A stretch of 32,000 bases of DNA. Origin: Prochlorococcus marinus str. NATL2A (GTDB taxonomy: Bacteria; Cyanobacteriota; Cyanobacteriia; PCC-6307; Cyanobiaceae). The stretch is from NCBI RefSeq assembly GCF_000012465.1, contig NC_007335.2, forward strand, positions 1,620,001-1,652,000. The letters run 5' to 3'. A program made the position numbers and the translations under genes. Below are positions 8,511-18,659 of the stretch, one piece after another; within the stretch, counting starts at the first letter, position 1, and each line of letters opens with the position of its first letter. The notes below the pieces were generated by a model. The model was not told the DNA's origin and searched no databases. It worked only from the letters and a program-made list of their open reading frames with translations.

Positions 8511-9662
8511 CTAATAATCAACTCCTCTTTTTAAATCAACTCCTTTTTCAGCATAGTGCTTGTGACACACCATCTCAGAATGAACACTTGCTAAATCAAA
8601 ATATATAGGTTGGTTTTTGCATCTTCCTGTAATAATCACCTCAGTTTCTGAAGGTTTACGAAGCAATGTTTGAACAATAGGCTCAACTGGGAGGAGTTCC
8701 AAATCAACGGTTGGATTTAACTCATCCAAAATCACAGTCTTATAAAGACCACTTGAAATAGCTGCCCTTGCAATTTCCCATGCTCTTTCAGCCTCTACAT
8801 AGTCAATGGGCTTTTGCTGGCCCCTCCAAACAATCGCATCTCTACCAGATCGAAGATGGTCTACTAAATGAGGATAACTTTCTCGAAGAGCCGCAATAGC
8901 GGCATCCTCTGTGTAACCACTACCACCCTTCAGCCATTGCAAAATCAAAACACGATGACTTTTATCCTGACTTATTCCTCTACCAATAGCTTGTAAAGCT
9001 TTACCCAACGCACTGGTTGATTTGCCTTTTCCTTCACCGGTATATATTTCAATCCCACCAACATTATTTTCAAAAAGAATTTCATCGTTACTAATCTCAG
9101 GTCGTCTGTGAGCTCTCATCTCAGAATGCAGTTCCGCAACTTTAATCAGAGGATTTGGTGCAGCTCTTCCAGTAACGATAATTTCCATACCATTTGGTCT
9201 TGACTTAAGTGTTTTAACAACTTCTTCAACAGGCAATAATCCTAAATCCAGAACAGGATTCAATTCGTCGAGGACAACAACTGAATACAAGGCACTAGCG
9301 ATTGCCCCCTTGGCTATGTCCCAACCTCTTTGAGCTTCCTGATAATCAAATTTGGTAGATTGATCGGCGCTAAAAAATTCTCCCCTGCCAGTCCTAACTT
9401 GATCAATCAAGTGAGGGAAGCCTTGCTGCAAAGCATCTATTGCGGCATCTTCGTCATACGAGCGACCAGGTCCTTTCAAGAATCTAAGAAGTAATACCCT
9501 TGTTTGTCTTTTCTCACATATACCTAGACCTATGGTCCTCAGAACGACCCCCAAGGCTGCCTGGCTCTTCCCTTTACCCTCTCCGTCATAAACATGTAAT
9601 TGTCCTTGACTACGTTCCAAGCTTTCCGATGCTGTCGTAATCCCTATACCGTTTGAAACCAC
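8511..9662 (-). CDS. cobO: Cob(I)yrinic acid a,c-diamide adenosyltransferase (CobA/CobO/BtuR type), tandem two-domain form
   Basis: 383 aa with GTG start. Two CobA-like halves each carry a P-loop (YDGEGKGKSQAALG and YTGEGKGKSTSALG) and a VLDELN plus I(I/V)TGR block. The C-terminus, HKHYAEKGVDLKRGVDY, matches the CobA tail. Confidence 0.85.
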   Translation of the reverse strand: MVSNGIGITTASESLERSQGQLHVYDGEGKGKSQAALGVVLRTIGLGICEKRQTRVLLLRFLKGPGRSYDEDAAIDALQQGFPHLIDQVRTGRGEFFSADQSTKFDYQEAQRGWDIAKGAIASALYSVVVLDELNPVLDLGLLPVEEVVKTLKSRPNGMEIIVTGRAAPNPLIKVAELHSEMRAHRRPEISNDEILFENNVGGIEIYTGEGKGKSTSALGKALQAIGRGISQDKSHRVLILQWLKGGSGYTEDAAIAALRESYPHLVDHLRSGRDAIVWRGQQKPIDYVEAERAWEIARAAISSGLYKTVILDELNPTVDLELLPVEPIVQTLLRKPSETEVIITGRCKNQPIYFDLASVHSEMVCHKHYAEKGVDLKRGVDY

Positions 9663-9794
9663 AATCGATAATTCTGCTTCTTATGTATGCAACCTAACTT
9701 CTTATACAATAGACGTCATAGAATATGCAAAATACATACACAGATGAAGGAGACTAAGAGTCTCAATTTAATCAAATCAATGATTTTTTAAAAA

Positions 9795-10637
9795 GTGTTT
9801 TTTAGTCAACTTGAATCTTTAACTGACTCAGAACTAAAGCAATTAAGATTGTTAAGGGAGTTTATTAAAGACATAAATTATGTATGTGTTGCTTTTTCTG
9901 GAGGCGTTGATAGTTCTTTAGTAGCGACAATAGCCCATGAGCAACTAGGTTCAAAAGCCTTTGCCGTTACTGGTGTCTCTCCTTCTTTAGCTCCATATTT
10001 GCTTAAGCAAGCGCGTCTTCAAGCAGACTGGATTGGGATTCATCATGAAGAATGCCAAACAAATGAAATTAACCAACCAAATTACTTTAAAAATCCTGAC
10101 AATAGATGTTTTGCATGCAAACAAGAATTACATACACATTTAACTGAAATTTCAAAAAAATTCCATAATGCTCAAGTCCTTGATGGAGTGAACTATGACG
10201 ACCTTCACGACTATCGACCAGGCATTCAAGCATCAAATCAGGCAGGAGTAATATCACCTCTAGCTGAACTAGAAATAGATAAAAAATCAATTCGTTCAAT
10301 TTCGAAATCATTAGGTTTACCATGGTGGGATAAACCTGCACAACCATGTTTAGCCTCTCGTATTCCTTTTGGAGAGGAAATAAGTTCAAAAAGGCTTAAG
10401 CAGATTGCGTTAGCAGAAGAATGGATTATTAATCAAGGTTTTTCAAAAGTACGTGTAAGAAGTCAAGGCCTATCAGCAAGAATCGAATTACCAGCAAATG
10501 AAATAAATAACTTTCTTAAAATCGTTGAAAGAAATAAATTAATTAAATATTTTTTATCTTTAGGTTTCCATTCTATAAGTCTAGATCTTGAGGGTTTGAT
10601 TAGTGGAAAACTCACAAGAGATATAAAGACTACTTAG
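9795..10637 (+). CDS. larE: PP-loop ATP pyrophosphatase, LarE-like sulfur transferase (TIGR00268-type)
   Basis: 280 aa with GTG start. It has the PP-loop AFSGGVDSS, a CxxC (NRCFACKQEL) and the LarE-type PCLASRIPFGEEI motif. Confidence 0.75.
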   Translation: MFFSQLESLTDSELKQLRLLREFIKDINYVCVAFSGGVDSSLVATIAHEQLGSKAFAVTGVSPSLAPYLLKQARLQADWIGIHHEECQTNEINQPNYFKNPDNRCFACKQELHTHLTEISKKFHNAQVLDGVNYDDLHDYRPGIQASNQAGVISPLAELEIDKKSIRSISKSLGLPWWDKPAQPCLASRIPFGEEISSKRLKQIALAEEWIINQGFSKVRVRSQGLSARIELPANEINNFLKIVERNKLIKYFLSLGFHSISLDLEGLISGKLTRDIKTT

Positions 10638-10693
10638 ACAATAAATTCCGATGTCGAAAAGATGATTGATTTATTTTTAATCTTTCATTGTGG

Positions 10694-11161
10694 TCAAGGT
10701 TCACGATGCAAAGTTTGGATTCCGGCAGGGATCTCTCTTTCGATATTTTTAAAAGCAAAGTGCTGAGCCAAAAAATCTTTAAAAAGAAACTTACAAGCTT
10801 TTTCAGGCATCGTATGGTCACCACAAGTGAAAACATCAATAGCTGCATAACCAATCTCAGGCCATGTATGTATTGAAATATGAGATTCAGCCAATAAAGC
10901 TAGTCCAGTTACTCCTTGAGGTTTAAAGCTATGTGTCACCAAATTCATGAGTGTTGCACCAGCAATTTTGGCCGATGATGTAATAGATGTCCTTATAAAA
11001 GCTTCATCATTAAGTCTCGCGTGATCACATTGGTAGAGTTCAAGTATGCAGTGCCGTCCAATATTCTCACTAGAATTAAATTGTATAGTATCTATATCTT
11101 TTGACTTGAAAGAGTCACCCCATCCAGGATTTGGATGCAATTCAGAAAAAAAAGGTTCCAT
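10694..11161 (-). CDS. speH: S-adenosylmethionine decarboxylase proenzyme (pyruvoyl-dependent)
   Basis: It has the self-processing site motif [14 protein letters not shown] and DVFTCG. The ORF-track start at 11170 is TTG, and the in-frame ATG at 11161 (MEPFF) is preferred. Confidence 0.88.
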   Translation of the reverse strand: MEPFFSELHPNPGWGDSFKSKDIDTIQFNSSENIGRHCILELYQCDHARLNDEAFIRTSITSSAKIAGATLMNLVTHSFKPQGVTGLALLAESHISIHTWPEIGYAAIDVFTCGDHTMPEKACKFLFKDFLAQHFAFKNIEREIPAGIQTLHREP

Positions 11162-11201
11162 ATTATCCAAAAATCATTTCCACAATAACTGACCAATAGT
11201 T

Positions 11202-12302
11202 TCAACTAAAAGAATCCAATTCCATTAATTGTGAGTTTCGTACCCATTCACCCTCAAAAGATTCCAGATGTGTTGCACTGATTAAACACTGATGTTTTTG
11301 ACCAACAGCCTCTAAAAGCAATAATTGACGCTTGGGATCTAGCTCAGCCAAAACATCATCTAAAAGCAATATTGGAGATTTGCCATAAACCATTTTAATT
11401 AATTCTAATTCGGCCAATTTCAAAGACAATACAATAGTTCTCTGCTGACCAGCAGAACCAAAACGTCTGGCATCTACATCATTTATTGAAAACTGTACAT
11501 CATCACGATGAGGGCCGACTCTACAATTACCCGTTATCTCTTCCTCAGACCTCATTTCTAAAAGTTGACGTTCAATACTCTCCCTCCAAAGCCTTTCACT
11601 CTCTTCAGCCTCTAGTTTACTACCTGGCAAATATGTAATATCTAGATTCTCTTGACTGTTACTAAGATGTTGTTGCCAGCTTGAAGCGATAGGAAGTAGA
11701 CGATCTAAAATACGCCTACGTCTTCGATGAATTCTTGTACTCACTAAAGCCATTTGCATATCAAAAGAATCCAATAAAATATTTTGATCCTTGCTCGATT
11801 CAAGGCTCAAATTACGCCAAAGCTGACTTCTTTGCCTCAGCAATCTAGAAAACCTTCCTATCAAATCAGAATAAATAGGTTCCAGTTGCTGGACAATTCT
11901 ATCCAGCCAATGTCTTCTAAGAGAAGGTTCTCCTCTAATTAATTCTAGATCAAGAGCACTAAAGCCTACGCTTCTCATTGGTCCAATCAAATCAATTTGA
12001 CGATTTAAAAGTTTGTCATTTTTGTAGGCTTTTCTTCCACCTTTTCTATTTAGCTCTAAAGAAAGTTTTTGATCATCTTCAATCATTGCAGATAAGCAAG
12101 CCTGATCTTGATCCCAATAAATTAAATCTTGATTCCGATTCGATCGATGAGAACGTAAACTAGACAGGAGCTCTATGGATTCAAGAAGATTAGATTTACC
12201 AACTCCATTTTGACCTATGACTATCAATCTGTTTTCAGTTAACTCCAACTGAAAACCTCGATAATTTCGAAAATTATTAAGTTCTAACTGATGAAGTTGA
12301 AT
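11202..12302 (-). CDS. recF: DNA replication and repair protein RecF (start probably ATT at 12302; ORF-track TTG at 12248 truncates the conserved N-terminus)
   Basis: It has Walker [13 protein letters not shown] and Walker [13 protein letters not shown]. The frame stays open upstream of the TTG to a TAG at 12311-12309 and encodes [18 protein letters not shown], the canonical RecF N-terminal strand. Confidence 0.85.
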   Translation of the reverse strand: MQLHQLELNNFRNYRGFQLELTENRLIVIGQNGVGKSNLLESIELLSSLRSHRSNRNQDLIYWDQDQACLSAMIEDDQKLSLELNRKGGRKAYKNDKLLNRQIDLIGPMRSVGFSALDLELIRGEPSLRRHWLDRIVQQLEPIYSDLIGRFSRLLRQRSQLWRNLSLESSKDQNILLDSFDMQMALVSTRIHRRRRRILDRLLPIASSWQQHLSNSQENLDITYLPGSKLEAEESERLWRESIERQLLEMRSEEEITGNCRVGPHRDDVQFSINDVDARRFGSAGQQRTIVLSLKLAELELIKMVYGKSPILLLDDVLAELDPKRQLLLLEAVGQKHQCLISATHLESFEGEWVRNSQLMELDSFS

Positions 12303-12380
12303 GTTTCTCTATGGAATTTGTATGTAAGCTAATTTTAATAAGGTCTAGTTATTTGACCTTTTTTAATAACACCCCTCGTT

Positions 12381-12454
12381 GGGCATGTAGCTCAGTTGGA
12401 TAGAGCATCAGATTCCGGTTCTGAGAGTCGGGGGTTCGAGTCCCTCCATGCTCG
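12381..12454 (+). tRNA. tRNA-Arg (anticodon CCG)
   Basis: 74-nt cloverleaf folded by hand. The acceptor is GGGCATG/CATGCTC and the D arm is GCTC-AGTTGGATA-GAGC. The anticodon stem is TCAGA/TCTGA with loop TTCCGGT, and the T arm is GGGGG-TTCGAGT-CCCTC. No CCA is encoded. Confidence 0.92.
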
Positions 12455-12467
12455 TAAATTGAATTTT

Positions 12468-12920
12468 TCAAAGTCTGAATCCCATTGTTTTAATACCATT
12501 TGGATCCAATAAAAATCCATTGGCTTTCAATGAATCAAGAGAAATTAATGGAGCAGCAACAGAAATACTGCAGCCTGGTAACTCCCTTCTAATTATTTCA
12601 ATTGCCTTAAAAACTATAATAGACATGTACTTTTCTTGTTGATCACCTGGCTCTGCAACTAAATCCCACAAATTTGCATTTAAACCTTTATCACTAGTAA
12701 CACGGACAAATCCTACAAGATTCTCAGGAGTTTTTCGAATGAGAGTCAAATAAAAATCACTATTTTTCAAAGCCAATTCTAGTTTTCTTGGTTGATGAGT
12801 ATCTTGGTTACACCTTGATAGCAGCCTATTTATTTTACGTATAGAAATTAGTTCGCTCCGAAGTAGAAGAAAGCCCTCGGGAATTTGAGGGCATTTATTT
12901 GCTGAATTTAATCCAAGCAT
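12468..12920 (-). CDS. Small conserved protein, possibly GNAT-fold (acetyltransferase-like) with a degenerate CoA motif
   Basis: 150-aa ORF whose ATG lies 1 nt after the ppc stop. LVGFVRVTSDKGLNANLWDLVAEP and the C-terminal LKANGF resemble GNAT beta4 and the terminal region. I do not see a clean R/QxxGxG/A motif. Confidence 0.45.
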   Translation of the reverse strand: MLGLNSANKCPQIPEGFLLLRSELISIRKINRLLSRCNQDTHQPRKLELALKNSDFYLTLIRKTPENLVGFVRVTSDKGLNANLWDLVAEPGDQQEKYMSIIVFKAIEIIRRELPGCSISVAAPLISLDSLKANGFLLDPNGIKTMGFRL

Positions 12921-12921
12921 G

Positions 12922-15900
12922 TCATCCTGTGTTTCTCATACCTGCAGCGATACCATTGATAGTCAACAATGCACCACGCAATAATTCACTACGACTATAT
13001 GTACGAGAACTTTGAGTAGAGTCAATACTTACATCTTCACTAATTGGTGGTTGACGATTCTGATCTCTTAATCGCTTGAGAAGAGCTACTTGTAAAAATC
13101 CTAAAGGGACAATAGTCCTATTTCTCAGGTTGACAGACAACTGCAAAGCAGGGTCTGCACTTAATAGTTTTGACTTGCCAGTAATTTCTAAAATTAATTT
13201 CTTAGTCAAGCTGTATTCGCTTGAGATAATATCGAAAATTCTAGCGAAAGCATCCCGATCATCACTTCCACCCAAACTAACCACATAATGGTGGGCAACA
13301 TCTAAATCAACTTTTGAAAGTGTCATCTCTACTTTAGATATCAACATTCTAAAGAATGGCCATCTCTGATTCAACATTCGCAACATCTCCATTTGGTCGG
13401 GGTCAGCCTTTAATTCAGTAGCTAAAGCCGTACCAACACCAAACCAACTTGGCAAAAGGAAACGACTTTGAGTCCAACCAAAGACCCATGGGATAGCTCG
13501 AAGACTTGATAAGTCTTTTGCACCACTCTTTCGTCGAGCAGGACGACTAGAAATTTGCAACTTACTAATCTCTTCTATTGGAGTAACTACCTGAAAAAAT
13601 TGAACTAAATCTGGATTATCATGAACTAAGGCTCGGTAATGCTCCCTTGAACGAGCTGCAAGTCTGGTCATCAATTCATTCCAACTTGGCGTAGCATCCA
13701 ATTTATTGGTAACCAAGCTATTTTGAATAACTGCAGTGGTTACAGTTTCCAGATTATATAAAGCTAATTCTGGAAGACTATATTTTGAAGCAAGTACTTC
13801 CCCTTGCTCTGTTATTTTTATACGTCCCTGAAGTGTACCACTAGGTTGAGCCAAAATAGCTTGATAAGCTGGTCCACCGCCTCTTCCTACAGACCCACCT
13901 CTACCATGAAAAATACGTAATGCTATTCCTTGTCTACTAGCTAGGTCTTGGAGTGCTATTTGGGCCTTATGAATTTCCCAATTACTTGAGAGAAAACCAG
14001 AATCCTTATTACTATCGGAATATCCCAGCATAAGTTCCTGAAGCGGTTGTTTTTTCTCTCCTACTCGTGGAAGTAATTCGCGATAAACATCAGTTTGTAG
14101 TAACGACTCCATTACAGAAGGAGCATGTTGTAAGTCCTCAACCGTTTCAAATAATGGAACAACGAGAAGATCAGAAGCTCCTAAAGTTGGATCAATCAAA
14201 CCCGACTCTTTAGCTAAAAGAAGAACTTCTAATAAATCTGATGCCGTATGACTCATCGAAATTACATACGAGCGACATATACGAGTACCAAATTCTTTCT
14301 GAAGCCTATGAAGCATATGAAAAACTGAGATAGTTTCTTGAGTACTTTTAGACCACTCAAAAGAAGGCGGGATAAGTGGTCTCCGAGTTCTTAATTCTTT
14401 CATCAACCATTGAACTCGACTTTCCTCGCTCATCACTCCATACGACTCAGGGAGATCTAAATAGCGAGTGAGCTCATCCAACGCATCACTATGTCGTGTG
14501 CTTTCTTGCCTAATGTCTAAACTAGCCAACGAGAACCCAAAAATATGAACTTGATTTAGCAAAGTATCTAATGGTTCACAAGTAAGATCTGTACTAACCA
14601 AACTATTTCTAATAAGCTCTAATTCATTTTTTAATTCTTCTACAGATTTGTAGTGGAGTACTTCATCAAAACTATTATTAGTAGATATTAGCGGTTTCCC
14701 ATCGGGTGAGAATTGCCATCCAGCATCCGCTAGCTGCTTATTACGTAGTTGAGTAAGTCGTAGCCTCTCAAGTGTATAGCTAAGCTTCAAGCGATAAGGT
14801 TCCAGTCTATATCTTGCAGCCCTTTCCTCATAAACCTCAGGGAAACGAACTCTGTCCATTTCCAATGACTCTAACAAAGGAGAACTTACTTGACTCCATT
14901 GCATAGATATACTGAGTTGGTCTCTTAGATCTTGAACTGATGCAATATACCTATCCAACATTAATTGTCTTTGGTAACACGCTGTTCTCCATGTGATTTC
15001 AGGAGTAACTGACGGATTCCCATCACGATCTGAACCTACCCAAGAGCCAAATGTGCAAAAAGCTTCATTAGGGATCTCTACGTCTGGATAACTTGAAGCA
15101 AGTGCGGTAGTCAGTCTCCTTCTTAATTGAGGCATTGCATCAAACAAAACCTGCTGAAAATAATGAAGGGCATAGTCAACCTCATCAAGGACAGTCGGTT
15201 TGAATTGATGAAGCTCATCAGTTCTCCACCAAAGTCTTATCTCCTCCTCTAGCTGCAACCTAAATATTTCTTTCTCTGATTCGGAAATCAAGCTATTAGA
15301 TTGAAGTTGCTGCAAAAGAGTGGCAACCCTGCGTTGCTTATGGCGAACCGTGTGTCTAACTATTTCAGTTGGATGAGCTGTAAAAACAAGACGAATATCC
15401 ATTTCTCTCATCAAACCATCAAGCTGAGCTGGAGGGACATTCAAACGACGTAATCGCTCAAATAATTGTGTAAAAGTTGCTGGAGCAGTCTGACTAGCTA
15501 AAGCTGGAGCGAATGGATCTATTTTATAATTACTGGTGTCTAACTTCCCTTTTTCTATGCTTTCTAAATAACTATCCTCTTCTATGCGTTGCTCCAGAAT
15601 GTTTACCAACTGAAAATAAAGAGAAAAAGCCCTAGCAGCAGATATCGCCTCAGCCAAATCCATTTTTGTAATCAATTGGACTATTGCCTTTGAGGAATTG
15701 TCTTGATTTGACTTACTAGGATCACTTAATTGTTTTAATCGCAATAATCTCTCTGTTTGATCAGGTGGACATTCACTTTTGAGAACGGTTTTCCATAGAT
15801 CCTCCACTAGTTCAAGCCTTTGTTGCAATAAAGATCCAGGATCTTGATCCTCAACACATACTGTCGAGTGATTAGAGATATTTTCGTTAGAAGGATTTTT

Positions 15901-15942
15901 CAACATACACGTATTATGAGGCAGTTCTACGGACTTAGTCAC
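12922..15942 (-). CDS. ppc: Phosphoenolpyruvate carboxylase
   Basis: It has [32 protein letters not shown] and the C-terminal GMRNTG. The start is either GTG at 15942 or the in-frame ATG at 15906 (MLKNPSN). Confidence 0.95.
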   Translation of the reverse strand: MTKSVELPHNTCMLKNPSNENISNHSTVCVEDQDPGSLLQQRLELVEDLWKTVLKSECPPDQTERLLRLKQLSDPSKSNQDNSSKAIVQLITKMDLAEAISAARAFSLYFQLVNILEQRIEEDSYLESIEKGKLDTSNYKIDPFAPALASQTAPATFTQLFERLRRLNVPPAQLDGLMREMDIRLVFTAHPTEIVRHTVRHKQRRVATLLQQLQSNSLISESEKEIFRLQLEEEIRLWWRTDELHQFKPTVLDEVDYALHYFQQVLFDAMPQLRRRLTTALASSYPDVEIPNEAFCTFGSWVGSDRDGNPSVTPEITWRTACYQRQLMLDRYIASVQDLRDQLSISMQWSQVSSPLLESLEMDRVRFPEVYEERAARYRLEPYRLKLSYTLERLRLTQLRNKQLADAGWQFSPDGKPLISTNNSFDEVLHYKSVEELKNELELIRNSLVSTDLTCEPLDTLLNQVHIFGFSLASLDIRQESTRHSDALDELTRYLDLPESYGVMSEESRVQWLMKELRTRRPLIPPSFEWSKSTQETISVFHMLHRLQKEFGTRICRSYVISMSHTASDLLEVLLLAKESGLIDPTLGASDLLVVPLFETVEDLQHAPSVMESLLQTDVYRELLPRVGEKKQPLQELMLGYSDSNKDSGFLSSNWEIHKAQIALQDLASRQGIALRIFHGRGGSVGRGGGPAYQAILAQPSGTLQGRIKITEQGEVLASKYSLPELALYNLETVTTAVIQNSLVTNKLDATPSWNELMTRLAARSREHYRALVHDNPDLVQFFQVVTPIEEISKLQISSRPARRKSGAKDLSSLRAIPWVFGWTQSRFLLPSWFGVGTALATELKADPDQMEMLRMLNQRWPFFRMLISKVEMTLSKVDLDVAHHYVVSLGGSDDRDAFARIFDIISSEYSLTKKLILEITGKSKLLSADPALQLSVNLRNRTIVPLGFLQVALLKRLRDQNRQPPISEDVSIDSTQSSRTYSRSELLRGALLTINGIAAGMRNTG

Positions 15943-17081
15943 TAATAGGTTGAATTCATTTGCATGAAATTGGTCTCCTCTAGTTCCATTTCACCGATAC
16001 CCTGCTGAAGCAAGGTCTGAATTGATACTCCTTTGGAATAAGAATCAAGCCACATCATTGATTGATTTCCGTTGGTCAAAACAGTTTTAATAGGTTGCAG
16101 TAACTCAAACATATCAAGCTCCTTAGCTAAAGGAGTTACATCTAATAGAAGTTCATTTATCCAATCACGACATTTGATTTGTTGCCCATTTTTCCAATGA
16201 AATAAATTGGCATCAAGACTTGATTGGGCTGCTATCAAGTCATTTTCATCTGCTAATAAAGCCAATTCTTCTTGTGTTTTAGAGCTTGCTTCAATTGGAT
16301 CAAATTTTTTCATGTTGTTTTTAAGATTAATAATTCTGAGTTCAAGTAACGCTGTAATAGCCAAAAGCAAGTCAACATCAGCTACTAAATCACATATCCT
16401 TAGCTCTAATCGATTTAAAACATGAGGTCTTTCTGGACCATTTGGCCTTACTGATGTCCATAAATGTCTCTCATTTTGCATACTGCCCTGCCCTAGTTGC
16501 TCTTCAACCCATGCCACATAGTGTGCGTGATCCACAAATAAGGGAACATTAGAGGGTGTCTTAGGGAATTGAACCCATCTTTGAGAATGTGCACCCGTTG
16601 CCTGACCTTCTAAGAAAGGAGAACTAGCACTTAATGCAAGAAATAATGATGCCTCACATCTAACCAAGCGTAGGGCCGAAAAAAGTAAGGATAAATTTTC
16701 AATACCTAAATTAATGTGAATGCTTGCTGTTACAACATTCGTTCCATAGTTTTTTTCTATAAATGAGTGATAAGAATTGTCTAAATCTGACCTTTCAAAA
16801 ATTTTTGTATTACCAAGACTAAGTGTGCTTCCTGGCAGAATTGTAAGTTTTTGAAAATCAAGCCATTTCCTAAGTTTTTGTCTTGGTAGTAAAAGTGCAT
16901 GTTTTAAAACAGCGTATCTTTGATCTGGAACAGTTATGTACTCAAGATTTCTTTGATCCGGCTCTTTGACAAAATCTGATAAATCTTCAGTAATAGCAGA
17001 TGCAACACCCACATTTTTACCAGCATATGTACCAGTAAAAAGCTCCACTTCAAACCCCTTTAAAAGCATAAAGTTGGTCAT
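15942..17081 (-). CDS. gshA: Glutamate--cysteine ligase, cyanobacterial type (GCS2 / carboxylate-amine ligase fold)
   Basis: [16 protein letters not shown] and LELRICD blocks are typical of the GCS2 family. The ATG at 17081 forms an ATGA overlap with the trpE stop. The ORF-track start at 17102 is an upstream TTG. Confidence 0.78.
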   Translation of the reverse strand: MTNFMLLKGFEVELFTGTYAGKNVGVASAITEDLSDFVKEPDQRNLEYITVPDQRYAVLKHALLLPRQKLRKWLDFQKLTILPGSTLSLGNTKIFERSDLDNSYHSFIEKNYGTNVVTASIHINLGIENLSLLFSALRLVRCEASLFLALSASSPFLEGQATGAHSQRWVQFPKTPSNVPLFVDHAHYVAWVEEQLGQGSMQNERHLWTSVRPNGPERPHVLNRLELRICDLVADVDLLLAITALLELRIINLKNNMKKFDPIEASSKTQEELALLADENDLIAAQSSLDANLFHWKNGQQIKCRDWINELLLDVTPLAKELDMFELLQPIKTVLTNGNQSMMWLDSYSKGVSIQTLLQQGIGEMELEETNFMQMNSTY

Positions 17082-18598
17082 AAATCTTGGGGGTCTAAGC
17101 AAGCTAAAGCAGTAAACATCCCTTTAGCTTTATTTAAAGTTTCTTGATACTCATTAGAAGGAATGGAATCTGCAACAACCCCTGCCCCTGCTTGCACTTC
17201 AACAGTAAAACCATTTTTGTTTTTTTTACGTACAATCATCGTTCTAATAGTAATAGCTGTATTTAATGCTCCATTTAAATCTATAGACCCATAAACGCCT
17301 GAATAAGGCCCTCTACGTTGATTTTCTAATTGATTAATTAGTTGCATTGCTCTTATTTTTGGGGCTCCACTTACAGTCCCAGCTGGGAAAGAAGCAATTA
17401 ATAAGTCCCAAACATCCTGTTCTTTTTTTAAAGTGCCTTCAACCTCACTTACGATATGCATTACATGCGAATATTTTTCAATAACCATTAATTCTTTCAC
17501 AACAACACTACCTGGGGTACAAACTCGACCTAAATCATTTCGACCCAAATCTACCAACATCACATGTTCTGCTCGTTCTTTGGGATCTTTTAAAAGATCT
17601 TTTTCTAAGGCTGCATCTTCCAAATCATTTTTACCTCTAGGTCGTGTACCTGCAATTGGTCTCAAACTTGTCTGAATACCCTTTTCTGTTTTTTGGGCCT
17701 TAACCATTACCTCCGGGCTAGAACCAATAAGTTGCCAGTCACCAAAGTCAAAAAACGCCATAAATGGAGAGGGATTTACCATCCTCAGGCTTCGATATAG
17801 TTCAAAGGGTTTTTGCGTAACAGTCGACTCCAATTTTTGACTAAGAACTAACTGAAAAATATCGCCTTGTTTAATAAATTCTTTTGCCGCTTCAACACTA
17901 TGTTCAAATTCACTTTTTGAGGTATTAGCAGCCATATCAATAGATCTATTCGATCTTTGATTCCACTTTAAAGACTTTATTGGCTTTAAAGGAGAAGCCA
18001 TTAAATCTTGCAGTTCATTGATTTGTTCACAGGCAATTTCATAAGCTTTTTGAGAAGAAACTCCATCACTTAAATTCCCATATGCAACAGCTGTTATTAG
18101 GCGTTTGACTTGATCAAAAATCAGAACTTTATCCATAAACATCCAAATACCATCAGGTAAGTCTTGATCTGATAATTCATAAGTAGGCACTGAGGGCTCT
18201 ATCCATTGAATTAATTCATATCCCCACATGCCAAAAAGTTGTCCCAGTTGTGGCAAGCCAGGCAAAGAAACAGATTTATAAGGCTCAAGCATTTTCCTGA
18301 GGATTTCCACTGGATTTCCATGAAACTTTTCTTGTTTTCCATCCCTCCAGCATCTAGTTAATTCATCGCCCCTTACTACTACTTTCCAAAGGGGATCTGA
18401 TGCAACCACACTCCACCTACCGATAGTTTCTCCACCCTCTACTGATTCAAGCAATACTCCTGAAGGAGCATCATTACCAACTTTAAGCCAGGTTGTAAGA
18501 GGAGTTTCTAAATCTGCCGGCCAACTTTTTGCCAACGGAATATAATTAGCCCCGCTGGACACTGACAAAATAAATTCTTCCTTATCTAAATTAAGCAT
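17078..18598 (-). CDS. trpE: Anthranilate synthase component I
   Basis: It has LLESVEGGE, the chorismate-binding C-terminal half (GAPKIRAMQLI, GPYSGVYG, AGAGVVADS). The ORF-track start at 18619 is TTG, and the ATG at 18598 (MLNLDKEEF) is preferred. Confidence 0.92.
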   Translation of the reverse strand: MLNLDKEEFILSVSSGANYIPLAKSWPADLETPLTTWLKVGNDAPSGVLLESVEGGETIGRWSVVASDPLWKVVVRGDELTRCWRDGKQEKFHGNPVEILRKMLEPYKSVSLPGLPQLGQLFGMWGYELIQWIEPSVPTYELSDQDLPDGIWMFMDKVLIFDQVKRLITAVAYGNLSDGVSSQKAYEIACEQINELQDLMASPLKPIKSLKWNQRSNRSIDMAANTSKSEFEHSVEAAKEFIKQGDIFQLVLSQKLESTVTQKPFELYRSLRMVNPSPFMAFFDFGDWQLIGSSPEVMVKAQKTEKGIQTSLRPIAGTRPRGKNDLEDAALEKDLLKDPKERAEHVMLVDLGRNDLGRVCTPGSVVVKELMVIEKYSHVMHIVSEVEGTLKKEQDVWDLLIASFPAGTVSGAPKIRAMQLINQLENQRRGPYSGVYGSIDLNGALNTAITIRTMIVRKKNKNGFTVEVQAGAGVVADSIPSNEYQETLNKAKGMFTALACLDPQDL

Positions 18599-18659
18599 GA
18601 CTGCATAATGGCAGTCCAATATATATATTCAAAGGGAACACAAGTTTAAATTGAATTAC

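Noticed and set aside
9663-9794. Possible cobalamin riboswitch or NtcA site in the divergent spacer between cobO and the larE-like gene; NtcA GTA-N8-TAC also scanned in the other spacers
   Set aside because: No B12-box-like sequence is present, and the spacer (132 bp) is too short for the aptamer. No GTA-N8-TAC match was found by eye in any intergenic region of the window. The short palindrome GAGACT-aag-AGTCTC is too weak to interpret.
12340-12364. Hairpin AAGGTC-9 nt-GACCTT followed by TTTT just upstream of tRNA-Arg
   Set aside because: The stem is only 6 bp with 3 GC pairs. Nothing on the + strand upstream needs terminating, as recF is on the minus strand and starts here. It could equally be promoter-region noise.
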